Assembly: GCA_965178125.1 (NCBI GenBank)
Contig: OZ237763.1
Coordinates: forward strand, 558,001 to 622,000
Reading direction: 5' to 3'
Origin: Bilabrum cf. latius
Lineage: Eukaryota
DNA length: 64,000 bases
This document shows, one piece after another, positions 22,301 through 33,993 of this stretch. The notes under the pieces were generated by a model. That model searched no databases, was not told the origin of the DNA, and worked only from the letters and a program-made list of their open reading frames with translations. A program made the position numbers and the translations under genes. Numbering within the stretch: the first letter of the stretch is position 1; each line of letters opens with the position of its first letter.

Positions 22301-24826
22301 CGAACCCTCGTCTTGCTGCGTGCCTCCCGCGCCCGCTTTGCCACCCTTCCTCCCGGTCAGCGAGGACAACACGCGACCAACAGCCTCCGTGCGCTTTCTG
22401 ACTCCGTTTGACGCTAATCCTGCACCGCACAGCCCACCGCAGCACGAACCCAAGGCACCGCGCTGCAGGCAGCCCACGTGCCCACCCGAGTACATCCCCC
22501 GCTTGACACGATGCACGGCGCCGCCCCACGCAAAATAGCCGCTAGACCGGGCTGGGCTCACTCGAATTCTACTGGAGGTCTCGTCACTTCGTTCGATGGT
22601 TCCCTGAGTAAACCCGTCGGCTCGAGACCCCCAGGCGGCGCACGACACTACTAGCGGTACACACGATTCACAAACTCCTCCAACAAGGCAGCTTTGTGAG
22701 GCTACCTGGCAACACGCCCATGTGCAACCATCAGGAGCAGAAGGCCCCTGCGAAATTGCGACGCCATTTCGAGTCAAAGCCTGCTTCTGCACTTCAGACA
22801 GGCCCGGGGCCCATCGCGGGGGCTTCGGCACGGCGGCCCTCACGTCCTTACCCGCTGAAGCTGCCTTGGCTGCTGCAGCCACCGCCGAGCCCAGCCCTCG
22901 CTACCACCGTTTGGCCCTATCCCTTACCACGGCAGATTCGATCACCGCAAGCTGCTGCGCAAGCAACCACACCTCGGCAGCTTGCAGCAACAGGGGCAAC
23001 ATCGGACTGCCCGCCAGAAGCAGCGGAACGGCCAGTCCGTTGAACGCTCCAGACCACGCAGAGCTCCACGCGAACACTTCGCTGACAGCCTGCGACCCTT
23101 GGTCCCCAAATAAACCAGCAAGCATCACTCGCACTGCCGCACCTACGAGCGCCAGCCCCAGCAGCGCGCACTGGCCCCGCCACAGCAGCGCCTCCGCTGC
23201 CTGGAGCTGTCGGAGTGGGCCGGAGAGAGGCCGGTACGGGGCATCCAGAGCTCGTTTCACGGTCTTCGCTGCCGGTGTCTCGAGCAGCTTGAATGGTTGC
23301 AGCTGCGAACACAGGCTGAGGACCAGTCGGCTTGACTGCGCAGGACCGGCGGGTGCCTGGGCCTGCGTGCGCTTGGCAGCGCGAGCAGTGGGTTTCGGTG
23401 AATCGGTGCCGCTTCGTCCACCAGCCCTGAATCCCGCGCTGTCGCTCGCGCGGCTTCCGGCGGCAGCATGTCCTGCGGCAATGGATCCCTTGACGCGGAA
23501 GTTGGTCGGGGCCTCGCTTCGCTTGTCGTCGATGCCGCTGGCGCCTCCAACATCGCGCCTGCGCCTGGTGCCCAAAGGGGACGAGGGCTGGCTCTGGCTC
23601 TGGCTCTGGCTCTTGGGGCGATCCATGCCTGGTCCCACCCGTGCTTGGATTCGAAGCAACGGCTTGTGACCCACATGTTCTCCTCTGTCCGCAGCAGAAT
23701 CGCTGGCTACACCGGGCGACCGTCTGCCTTGACCTACCGAGCTCTGCTGTTCTGTCAAGGGATCCGCCCCAGCCCCATCACCATCACCATCACCATCACC
23801 ATCACCATCAACATCATCCCCGTCCCTCGTTGGCACAGTCGCGGTTGCATCGACATCCTAGCGGCAGGAACCTGCCAGTCCTCCGGGTCCTTCTCTGCCA
23901 CATGGCTTGGCAGTGGCAGTGGCAGTGGCCGGGGAAGAATCCCCTTCGCTTCCCGCGCTTGTGGTTCTGGCCTTTGGCGTGATGTGGCGCCTGGGGAGAG
24001 AGGGGCCCGTTAGAATGCCGCGCCTGGCTTCGTGCGAGCTGCTCGATTCGTTCCTTTCTGCAACAACGCCACTGGCAGGGGCAGCGAGGAGGGACCTGGG
24101 CGGGCGGCCCGGATGCGCGCTGGCCTGCTGTAGCGACGACTCAGCCGTGGCAGCGTCGCTGCTAGGGGATCGTCCTGTCTGACTTGCATTGCGTTGTGCC
24201 ACTGGTTGTTCTTTGAGCGGCTGCGGAGGAGGCTCGGGCACTTTCTATCCGCCGGGCAGCGGGGCCGCGCCTGCCGCCGCCCTCAGGTCTGTCCAATTCA
24301 GGGGGATTACAGCTGCAGGTGCCACCTCCCCTGCTGCAAGCACGATTAAATCTCCTCGAGCCAGAGCTTCGGAGGGAAGCATAGTCCACTTTCCGTTTCG
24401 ATACACGGGGTAAATATGCACCCTATGCCTAGCGTGATGGTACGGTAGGGCGGGCAGATCCCTACCGCCGCACTCTCTCATTTCAGAATCCAATCTCGAG
24501 CAAGCTGCGCGAACTCTTGCCTCAGATTCTTTGCTCAAATGAACTTTTCGGGTTGCAAGCACCACGGCGCTTGCGATTAGCAGAAACAAGAGGAATCCAA
24601 CGATCGCAATCGAGCCTAGTTGTTCGTTCCAATCCGGGTACGATCCAAGCAAAAGACAGATGCACGCAAAAATACTACACAACCCATCTGGTGAGATTGC
24701 TCTCGACGCCAGGGATGCGGCAAATAGGCGGCACGAGATGCCATCCGAAAAAGATGCAGACATCCGGACAGCGTCCGCTATGTCTTCCAGTATTGCTTTC
24801 TGGGCACGTTCATGACTAAGAGACAT
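13301..24826 (-). CDS. TMEM94: TMEM94 (P-type-ATPase-like ER membrane protein) homologue, about 3841 aa, apparently intronless, 25 internal TAG
   Basis: Single frame from ATG 24826 to TGA 13301, broken only by TAG. Motifs match TMEM94: YRNGKWTMLPSEALARGDLIVL, LGSVTSVVISDQAAVCAPHPTP, AVRFVFAS...RMGL*TGWNTSVSL, LPEG...VDNVPLLV*MLNDSTP...QEFGE, and the C-terminus LLFDTRLGQFSPR (human: LQFETKLGMNSPF). Confidence 0.88.
23777..23815. repeat. Coding (ccatca)n microsatellite encoding a DG dipeptide run in TMEM94
   Basis: About 6 tandem ccatca units; the minus strand translates as DGDGDGDGDG. Confidence 0.8.
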
Positions 24827-25643
24827 TGCTCGTGCGCGCCTCGATCTCTACAAAACCCACTCAAGCTTTGCAGAATCTTCAATATTTTCCAGACAAGGCT
24901 GTGCGGCCTATCTTCATCTTCGCACTGACAGTGGGGTTGGGCAAGATTACCCTGTGACCGCCATGATGGTAGGCGTCTCCGGGGTTGGAGCAGCTGGCAG
25001 GTATCAGATGCCCTGCGAGTCGTACGTTGGAGTGGCGCGGAGATTGGCCGCCAATGGCATCCCGAGTTGTTCGGTGCACCTGCGGATTCGGTTCGGTCAG
25101 TGCGATCAAGAATCCGCTATCGTAGGGTTTCCAACAATGGCCAGTCCTGGCCTTGCCAAGCAATGCAGAGTCCCCTGTCCTCCTCCTCGAGCGGGGCAAA
25201 GTTTGGGCATCTCGGTGTGAGCGATGTGTCAGCCTGAGTGCTCGCTGCTTCAAAGCACACCGTGACGCATCGAATTCTGCCCCAGGGAGATAAACAGTGG
25301 CGCAAAAAACCGCAAATGGAAACCCCATGGCGAAAGCTCCGGCTCGCTGGCAGGAGCGGGGTAGTACGGAATGCACGGAGGCGTCCACTCCTTCCACTCC
25401 TGTGCCGCTGCTGTGGGGTTCGCGCAAGCGCATCAGGGAAATGGGGGCGGGTGAGAGCGATGCCTCGTGCGCGCACTTGGCGGCAGGTGGCCGTCCGATG
25501 CGGCTCGATGCACGGAAGGTAGCAAGCGCCCACTTCTGCATGATGCCAAGGCGTCTTCCTGGAAAACTTGAAGAACGTTCTGGGCAGACTGGCGTGCGAC
25601 CCCAACGCGTCGATGCCACTCATACCAAATTATTTGCCGGTTC

Positions 25644-26288
25644 ATGTCGGCCCCAAATGTCGTTGAAAGCTCATACCCAAGCACATACCCTGGTGCGCCG
25701 TCAGGAGCCAACGACGTCGTTCAGCCAAACACGCAGATGGCGATCCCCGTCGGACAACCAATTGGTATGCTGGCTGCCAATAACGCCGGTCGAGGGATAT
25801 TATTCCACCCAGCATTGCTTGGGTACAGATATTGGTCGCGCTTCAGCATTAGCCACGCTGTCGGAACGATCGTTGGGGCATTGATCGCATATTTTTGGTC
25901 AGCGTGGATCCTTGCGGTGGAAGGAGTCATTTGCCTTATATTCGCTGCATTTGGATGGAATCTCGTAAGGCTCGGCGTGACTCCAAACTACTTAATCATC
26001 TCTAGCGCGCTACTAGCGATGGTGCAGGCTGTTCTTGCGTTCGTGGCGCTCGATGAGATGTCGGCTGCTGTTGCGAATAATTCGCAAAACGAGGCGAGAT
26101 AGTCCGTGATGAGCTTTATCGGATTCTGCGCGTGTGGGGTTGTTACCATGGCCCTGAATATTTTCATGCAGACGAGCGGAGAGCTGGCACGATCTGTGCT
26201 GAGCCGAGCTCAGCAAGACGCCGACAGTGGGCAGTATCAACCCCTCACTGGAAACGCTGTCGGCGATGGTGCCGTAGGGGTGGTGTGA
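25644..26288 (+). CDS. Hypothetical multi-pass (about 4 TM) membrane protein, 214 aa, 1 internal TAG (26100)
   Basis: ORFs 25644-26102 and 26106-26288 are in frame across a TAG. The last hydrophobic helix lies after the TAG. Ends TGA. Confidence 0.7.
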
Positions 26289-26353
26289 AGATCAATGCGT
26301 GATCTCCAATTGTAAGCATATGCTCGTTTGCGCTGCTTCATACCTTGGTCATC

Positions 26354-29300
26354 TCATGAAATTCCAAGCATGCCCAAGGGATCCGACACGAAGTTGCTCC
26401 CTCTTCTGGATCGGTCGTCTCGCTCGGCTTCCTACTGCTCTCCAGACGCAATTGCCTGCCTCCCAACCCGCCCAAAGCTACCCGCGCTCGTGCTACTCTC
26501 CCTGCGGTCTCGCGCATCGCGTCCCGTTTCCAAATAATCAGTTCTGCGTGTCCCTGCATCGCTATGCCTAGGCCCCTCCCCAGCGCGGCCTGCCCCCATC
26601 CTCCCTTCAGGAGCCGAAGCAGTGGACCCCACGGAGCCTCGGTGGTGCCTGTCGTCCCCTGCACCATCACCACCACCACGACCATGACCCGTACTGGGGC
26701 CCGGCCCGTGCTCTCGCCCTTGCCCAGCTCCCCCGACACCGTGCGGAGATGGCCGCCGCACCATCCCCAGCCCCAACCGGGGTCTCCTGGCGTGCGATGA
26801 CAGCCCCGTCCTCAGCAGCCCTATCTCCCTCCTCGAGAGACGCCGCCCGCCCGTCACGGAAGCGGAACCGCTGGCGCCGCGCATTCTGCTCCCCAGCGAC
26901 AACCCCGCTGTGCCGGGGCTCCGACCGGCCACTGACGCGGATCCAGACACTCGGCCGGAAGCGCGACCGATAGCACCTTCACTTTCACCTTCACCTTCGC
27001 CTTCGCCCCCGCTTGCCTCCCCGGCTGCATCCTGCATGCCAGAAGCCCGAGTGTTGGCGTGCCCCGAATCACCAAAATCAAGGTCTCGCTCACTGTCAGT
27101 GGCAGACAGCACGCTGCTCCCTCGGCCTCGAATCGAGTCCCCACGCACGCGACTCCTTCCCACACCAAGCCCGCGTTCCTGGCCAATAATGTCCCTTTCA
27201 ACGTCGCTGCCATCGACGGAGCACCGCCCGGCCCCGCGGTGGTTGCGACCGGTGGACCCACCTAGTCCCAGGCCCCTCACGCTGGGCATCAGCTGCGAAT
27301 AGGAAGGCCTGTGCCCAAGGCGCTTGCTATCCCCCGGGCGGCGGGGCATCCTCACGCCCCCACTCGGCGTGAGTGTGCCGCTGTCGCCGGGTCTCTACCG
27401 CTCCTACACAGCGTCAGTGCGGTCGCGTCGGGGGGGAGTGCCGCCGGTGCGGTGGCCATCACCTGCGGCTGCACCTCCATGCAATGCACCTGCTTCATCC
27501 AATTCGGCTTCCACATGCTCCCCCTGGCTGTCGGTGCCACGTTCGGGAGAATTCGGGGGGTAGCCCGGCACCGACAGCTCGTCAGTAGGCCTGCCTCCCT
27601 TCGGCGACGGCTCACCCCGCGCACCACCATGCGATGCACCTCCTGCCGTGGCCTCGACTCGCCTGGCCTCTGCGATCAGAAGCCTCTCCCTCTCCCTCCT
27701 CCTCATCTGCCGATTGGTCAGCCTGGGGCCGGTACCGAAAGCATCCGCGCCCCGTTGGTACGAATGCGACCCCCCTTCCGCCCCTTCATAGTACCCTGGC
27801 CCAAACCTGCTCGCCCCAAGCCCTGCCCACCGAGCGCTACCCCTTCCTGCCCCCGCACTGGCATACAGCCCCTCCCAGCCCCCGGAGAGACCCGCCCCCA
27901 GCCTCGCCTCCTCCTCGTCCTCCAGCACCTCTCTCGCCTCTCGAGCCGCGTGGAACAGGGCGGCGTCCTGCGCCGCCTGCTCAGCGGGCGTCTGTCCCTC
28001 GGTGCATCGCACTGCGGCGAGCACGAAAGCGCACGGCGCCAGCTCTGTGATAAAATAGAACACCGCTTCGGATAGGCCGTGCGAGAGGCTGGCGATGGAC
28101 GGCGTGCCATCCAAGTCCCTGACAACACGAGTCGCCATCGCCGCAGACCAGGCGCACCGGGATGCCACAAACACAGACAGGACTACCGCCACGAGAATGA
28201 CCCTCCTTCGCAGCTGGGTCACCACCTAGGGACTGGAAACCAGGCGGCCCTCGAGCGCCCGCCACCCGCCCGAAGCACCCGACCCAGCACCAAGCTCTGC
28301 GCCCCACGCCAACCCTCCCGCATCGCTTGCAGTGGCACCATACCCCTGCTCCGACGAGGCCCCGTATCCGTAAGCGGAGCCGGCGCTCCCGTACCCGTGC
28401 GTCCCCTAGCTGCTGCCCCCGAGCAGGGGCTGCCTACCTGCTGCCTCCCGCTCACTGAACCTGTGTGCAATACGCGCACGCACATCTGCAGCGTCTGCCC
28501 CCGCCCCTGCCCCTGCCCCTGCCCAGGGCAGCCAGCCGAAAGAGCCCCTCGGCTTACGATCCGTCCTGCCACCCCCGCTGCTGCTGTCGCCGCTGCTGCC
28601 CTGACTGGCCGTCTCGCCGCTTGTGCCAAAGCTGACCCTAGCCCCCTCCATGCCCCGACCACTCGATTCATGGCCACTGTACTTGGCGTCGTCCTCAACG
28701 TCGCGACCTGTTGCTCCGTAGTATCCCCCCACTGCAACTCCGTCCAGGCCCGCACGGCCAAGCACCCCCAGGCGGGCCCCGCGCCCCCCCTCGGACTTCT
28801 TGCCCTCAGGGGGGGTTCGTGGAGACGGGAGCAGCTGCACGCCGTCGCGGCCCCGTCCGCTGCCCCTCCCATCGGGCGGCGGTAAGCCTCGGCTAGCTCG
28901 CTCTCGCTCCCCAGGTGCATGCCACTGCAGCGCAGTGACCCCACGGCGGTGCCAGCCACTGCTGCTCACTGCGGGGTGCTGCTGCTCCCGCTCCCTGCCC
29001 TTGCCCTAGCCCTTGCCCTTGCCAGTCCCCGCGCGACCGGAGGAGAGCGCCATCGCTCGATTCATTGTGGCCACCGCGGCCCTGCTCGTGGCTTGTTCCC
29101 TGGCCACGCGCTCGATCCTTGCAAGCAGCAGATCGGCCCGCACCGCGCCCCCCACGACTGCAACGAGAAGCGCACCGTAGAGCGCCGCCAGGATGCTCTG
29201 CATGACTATCTGGTACACGGACCAGTAGCGACCTATGCCAGAGACCGCAACCCATGTGCCCATCAGAGCGGCTACGCTACCGATGGCCCGGCCCAGATCC

Positions 29301-29857
29301 ATGGGAGCGTCGTCGAGCTGGGCGAGCAGGGTGCGGAGCAAGACGTCAGCGATTGCAAAGTAGAACGACAGGAAAAATAGCTCTGGTACATTAATCACCG
29401 CCTAGAGCGGCGGGCTGCAGGGTTGAATCAGGAGAAGGTAAGACTGATCGTGTACTGTAGTATGCTCCATGCTCAAAGGATGACTGCACACCACGACCGA
29501 TACAGTATGAGTGGGGTCCCGACACGGCATTCACATCACACGGCAGCGATGGCGTGTAGCTGGCGTGTGTACTCACTAGTCTTTGCCTGGCTGGTCAAGC
29601 TTGTCGAAGGCAGACAAGGAAAAGGTGGCCGCTCTGCACGCGGATCCGCATGTCATGAGCAATGCGAGCCACACGCGTGCATTCATGGATGCTTTCGCGT
29701 AACCATGTAGCTCCTGGGACCAGCCGCAGTCGCGTACCGTGTGATAGGCAGCAAATCCAGCCACGACCAGGAATCCGCAAGCTACCGCAGTCTCGCCGGC
29801 AACCTCGAGGCTTGTAGGACCCGTTGGGACGCTGTCTGCCGCAATATCATCTATCAT
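26354..29857 (-). CDS. TOM1/THH1/GPR137-like (DUF1084-type) multi-TM protein with long low-complexity insertions (intron 29415-29576; 7 internal TAG)
   Basis: ATG 29857. A GTGAGT...CTGCAG intron restores the frame (KDY-PPL*AVINVPELFFLSFY). Late TM motif FYFITELAPCAFVLAAVR resembles the TOM1 motif YYxxxEIxPSxLVL. Ends TGA 26354. Confidence 0.7.
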
Positions 29858-30026
29858 TGCTTCATTTGATGCAGAACTGACGATGGAAACGTTGTGATGA
29901 GCCAGAGACCCGTCCGAAATCAATCGCCAAGCGAACTCGACGCCGCGACGAACCCGGCCGAACCACACCGAAATTGTCCGTTTGCTGCCGCGGCAGCCGC
30001 GCAACACATTCGCACATTCAACTTGA

Positions 30027-31160
30027 ATGAAAGGATCACCAAGGACTAGACTGGCCCCACGCTTCAAAGATCGTCCAATCTTTGGACGGACCGCTACGAA
30101 GTCAGGCAAGAAGCCGGCTGACACGGGCAGCAAGCTGCGAACACCCTCAAGCACAGAGCCGCCGCAGGAGTCGAAATGCGCCAAAGTTGGGCTGCCATCC
30201 TTGCCCAAGCGGTCTGAATCGGGTCACCAAGAGCATGATTTGCGCATTTGCAGGCAAACTGGCCCCAGGTAGCCACCAAGCTACACGTCTGCTGGCGTCA
30301 GTGCATCGCAAGCACGGGGCATAAGTACCGTCGGAAAGGCAAGGATCGGCAAGCTTCTGGCTGGGCTCGATGAAGTGACACAAAGTATGCGGGCTCTTGA
30401 GGAGCGGAAAGGCGGGACGGGGTCTCGGATTCCCGCATCCACGGAGCAGCCGATCGTCTCGCTGCCGACAACCGGGCTGCTTGTAGGGAGATTGCGTGCC
30501 AAGTGCCCAAGCCCAGCCCTATTTTATCGCGACAGGTGCGAGTACGCCTTTCACCACCCCTATCAGAGCAAGGTTGTGCGCATGGTTATGTACTACCGCC
30601 ACATGATCGGAGCTGTTGCGACCAGCTCGCGGCGAGCAAGTGCTCGTGCTCATCGGTCCAGCGCAACGAAGAGCAGCGGCCCAGCGGGCGGTGGCATCGG
30701 TGGAACCACCAGCAGAAGCAGCAAGGCAGTAGCATTCGGGTCGAGGAGCGCAAGCCCTCGGCTGCCAATGCCAGGCGGGACTGCCGGCGGAGCCAGCGCA
30801 CTGAGCGGCGGGACGGCTGGGTGCTCCTAGTCCACGCTCCAATTCGGGCTATCTGCCGGTCTGAGAGAATTCGGCAAGGACTTCAGGTCCAGGAGCGACC
30901 GCGTGGTTCTCGAGTTCCCTACAGCGGACGCTCTGCGACAACTGGGGGGCCTTGCTCATCCTCGGCGGCCCCCCCCGCGATCAGGGCCGTTACAGGGGAG
31001 GGCAGGAGGAGGAGCAGCAACACCAGCGGGTGGCCGGGGAGAGGCTTCGTCGGCACGAACAGTAGTTGCCTCAGGGCCTGCTTGTGAACAGCCTGGCGCA
31101 GGAGAGAATCTTGTGCTACTGGGCAGGCAGTGCGCCTCGCTGTCTCGATTTGCAAGATGA
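30027..31160 (+). CDS. Hypothetical protein, 2 internal TAG (30270, 30828)
   Basis: ORFs 30027, 30375 and 30903 share a frame. A globular-looking core (PSPALFYRDRCEYAFHHPY...RMVMYYRHM...LQFGL...EFGKDF...VVLEF) spans the second TAG. The TGA stop falls inside the 57-bp repeat. Confidence 0.6.
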
Positions 31161-31274
31161 GGGAATCTTGTGCTACTGGGCAGGCAGTGCGCCTCGCTGT
31201 CTCGATTTGCAAGATGAGGGAATCTTGTGCTACTGGGCAGGCAGTGCGCCTCGCTGTCTCGATTTGCAAGATGA
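31106..31274. repeat. 57-bp tandem repeat, about 3 identical copies
   Basis: Unit gaatcttgtgctactgggcaggcagtgcgcctcgctgtctcgatttgcaagatgagg starts at 31106, 31163 and 31220, with no spacers. Confidence 0.95.
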
Positions 31275-31387
31275 CAACTGATTGAGGTATTCGGGATGGG
31301 ATTCGTCAGTTGAAGCGCATAGGCACTTCTATCTACGGCATACCCGCACTGCACACGTAGGTACAGCATGCGGTTTCACCCGTAATG

Positions 31388-31427
31388 TGGCTCGCTGACT
31401 ATGGCTCGCTGACTATGGCTCGCTGAC
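31388..31427. repeat. 14-bp tandem repeat, about 3 copies
   Basis: tggctcgctgacta twice plus tggctcgctgac. Confidence 0.85.
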
Positions 31428-31830
31428 GATGCCATCACCCCGGTGCCCACGCCGAGCATCGTGCCCTGGATCCCGAGTAGTGCGTCGGGGTGCCGCAGGG
31501 TCCGCCTGGCCCGGTGCAGCAGTAGAATCATGACTCCATCGCATTACTCATGGCGGCTTGAATGACCGGTCCTGCAGCAGGATGCGCCCATCTCGCCCCC
31601 GGGAGGGTCGCTTGCCTGCAGGGGTACAGGGGAACCCATGCGGCTGCGTCACCAGTACAAGCCAGGCGTGGGTCCGTTACTTGTCCGATGTGTTGGCACA
31701 GCCGTCCTAAGGAAGTGCAGCTGCGACATGCAGAAGTGGTTGAGTATGATACTGAAAAACCGCGAGCTATTGTAAGATAAGTTTATTTTTAAATGGATTT
31801 GTAATGTACATTATTCATCCCTCTTCATAA

Positions 31831-31903
31831 GTCCCTGTAGCTCAGTTGGTAGAGCGCCAGTCTGAAGAACTGGAAGTCTCGGGCTCGATTCCCGGCGGGG
31901 ACA
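31831..31903 (+). tRNA. tRNA-Phe (GAA), 73 nt, no intron, no encoded CCA
   Basis: Acceptor stem GTCCCTG/CGGGGAC, D arm GCTC-AGTTGGTA-GAGC, anticodon arm CCAGT-CTGAAGA-ACTGG (GAA at 31864-31866), T arm TCGGG-CTCGATT-CCCGG, discriminator A. Confidence 0.88.
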
Positions 31904-31910
31904 CCCCAAC

Positions 31911-31924
31911 TTTTATCCTTTTTT
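31911..31924 (+). terminator. Putative RNA polymerase III oligo-T terminator for the tRNA
   Basis: TTTT and TTTTTT runs start 8 nt after the tRNA 3' end. Confidence 0.6.
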
Positions 31925-33122
31925 ATTAAAATGCAACCGCAAACGGCGGATGACAGCATATATTTTTATTTCATCCGAATTTTAAGGCCTTGACCAGTCA
32001 AATAAAACGAAGCCCTGTCTACTTCTGCATAAGTTTTTATCGGGTATGGCGGGGACTTCTAAAAGCGTGAAGATGCCTTCGTTGCCAGGTGCGGCTGCAG
32101 GAGACATGATTGCCGCAGCAGAGGACGTGAGCCAAATAACACTGAACCTTTGGTTTAGCCTCAAAAGACCCACTTTGGTCGATTGGTTACGGCTTTGCTC
32201 CTTTTGCAGTCAGTAGCAAGCGCTCTTGAACACGCCGTGGCTGCGTTGCACGCGTTGGCACAATCCAGCGACATGCCTGCTTCGGCCGCCGGTGCAGATG
32301 ATTATGTCCGGCTATTCGCTGAAAATGTTGAGGTGGGTTCGCATGATCTTCGCTGATCCCTCTGAAATCAGTGCAGAGGTACTGGCATGTGTAGCTGCTT
32401 GAATTGTTCGTTCGTTGAGCGCAGCAAGCCCGATCGCTGCTGCACATGGCAGCGGAATCGTCGGACGACCCTAGCTCTGCGGTAACTCCAGCACCCGTGA
32501 TTTATGTTGCTTCAGCCACGCCCAAAACGAGGCCGGGCTAGACGAGGTGATGCGGGGCGGATCCAAGCAGCGGCAGTGTTGGCCTATTGGCACTTGACCA
32601 AAGCGTCAATGCCGCTTGCTAGAGTGCCGGGGCTGAACTTTCTAGGGTGGGTTCTTGTGGATTACCTCTTGCTGCCGGCCTAGTGGTTTGAGAGATGTCA
32701 TGTACCATTGCAGCAGCAGGTTGAAGCAAGGGTGCAGGTCGTGTGGGGGTACTACATGACGCAACTATCGAAACACCTATTCGAAGTATCGCCGGCAGTC
32801 AAACGGTGGGCAGACCTGCCTACTGGCGATCCGCCCACTACGCATGCCGCCCGCTGCTCCACAACCCCTTCGGCATGGCTCTTGAGCCAGCAGCACAGCT
32901 GGCAGCTAGCTCACTGCCGCCGCACGGGATGGTCTCTACTAGCAGCAGGTAGCCAGCGGGGCAGTATGAACCTCATCAAGAAGCAAGGCTGTGGTGACGA
33001 GAGAGATAGAGAGCAAGCGCAAGGCCTCGGAAGTGCTTGGAACACCGCAGTGCTCTCCGACTGGCACTACCGTGCACTGCACCCAAGCCTGACATCTCCA
33101 CACTTCCCGCGCCCACATCACA

Positions 33123-33993
33123 TCACATTGCAGTCCTTGTATCGGTGGAGTTCCCGCAGCAGCCATCGTCCTGGCAGCCGCAGCACTCGGCCTCCCCTGT
33201 CGTGTAGCTGTTGTGGGGCTCCTGCCTGAGCCTGTCGGCGTCCTCTTTGGTCAGCGCGACGCTCAGCCACGGGTAGTGCAGGACATCGCGGGAGTACTGG
33301 CCGGTCTGTACCTCCATGAGGATCGTTTGCGTCTTTGCGAAGAGGGGGGGCTTGAGTCCCTCGTTGATGCGGTCCTGCCACTCGAGCACGGCGTCGTTGA
33401 ATTGATCCACCTTGCAGCAGCACAGGATGAACGGAATGGCCAGCCACCCTACGACGCTGATGTAGACGAAGAACTCGCACCAGCCCATCTTGGCCTTTGG
33501 GTCGACGTTCTCGAGATAGTCCTCGATCCATCCCTGGTACTACGCCTGCGTCACCCCAGCTGCAGCGAGCGGCGGCGGGACGGTCTCCCGCTCTTCCACA
33601 ACGATGCCTCCGTTGGGCATGCCGCAGCTTTTGCACGGACAGCACCCGCAGTTGTCATCCTGTGCAGATGAGGAAAGGCGAGAAGGAGCCCGAGGGTGAG
33701 CGATGCATGCCGGGTTGACGCAACTGCAACGGCTCGCTCTCGCACAACTTGCCAGATGCACGCAGTCGCCGAGATCAGTGCCATGCTGCTCTTGCCAATG
33801 CCGCCAAAGTGCTTTCGACAATTGCCTTGCGATGGCACGGCGGAGAGAGAGGGTCAGTTGGCGGGTGGCTCACGGCTCCTGTGGACAGCTTCACGATTAC
33901 ACGGTCCGCTGAGAACTTGAACTTATCCCTGGCCATCTTCGGGTAGTCGGCGGGGAGCTCGTGATACTTGTTGTCGATCAGAGCGGTTGCCAT
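33123..33993 (-). CDS. Small Cys-rich membrane protein, possibly Golgin A7/ERF4-like (exons 33993-33874 and 33659-33123; 1 TAG at 33540)
   Basis: ATG 33993. A phase-0 GTGAGC...CACAG intron (33660-33873) keeps the frame. VPPPLAAAGVTQA*YQGWIEDYL is followed by a hydrophobic segment and CCC. Ends TGA. The family call is tentative. Confidence 0.65.

Noticed and set aside
24879-25623. ORFs of 88-246 aa between the divergent TMEM94 and 4-TM genes
   Set aside because: Overlapping ORFs on both strands with no motifs. More likely a divergent promoter or UTR region.
31106-31274. CRISPR-like array
   Set aside because: The 57-bp units are contiguous and identical with no unique spacers, there are no cas genes, and the context is eukaryotic.
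31831-31903. Candidate UAG-decoding (suppressor) tRNA
   Set aside because: The anticodon is GAA (Phe), not CUA. I saw no CUA tRNA in this window.
31982-33100. Short ORFs downstream of the tRNA, considered as a possible integrated element
   Set aside because: No integrase, transposase or viral motif, no terminal repeats and no tRNA 3' duplication found.
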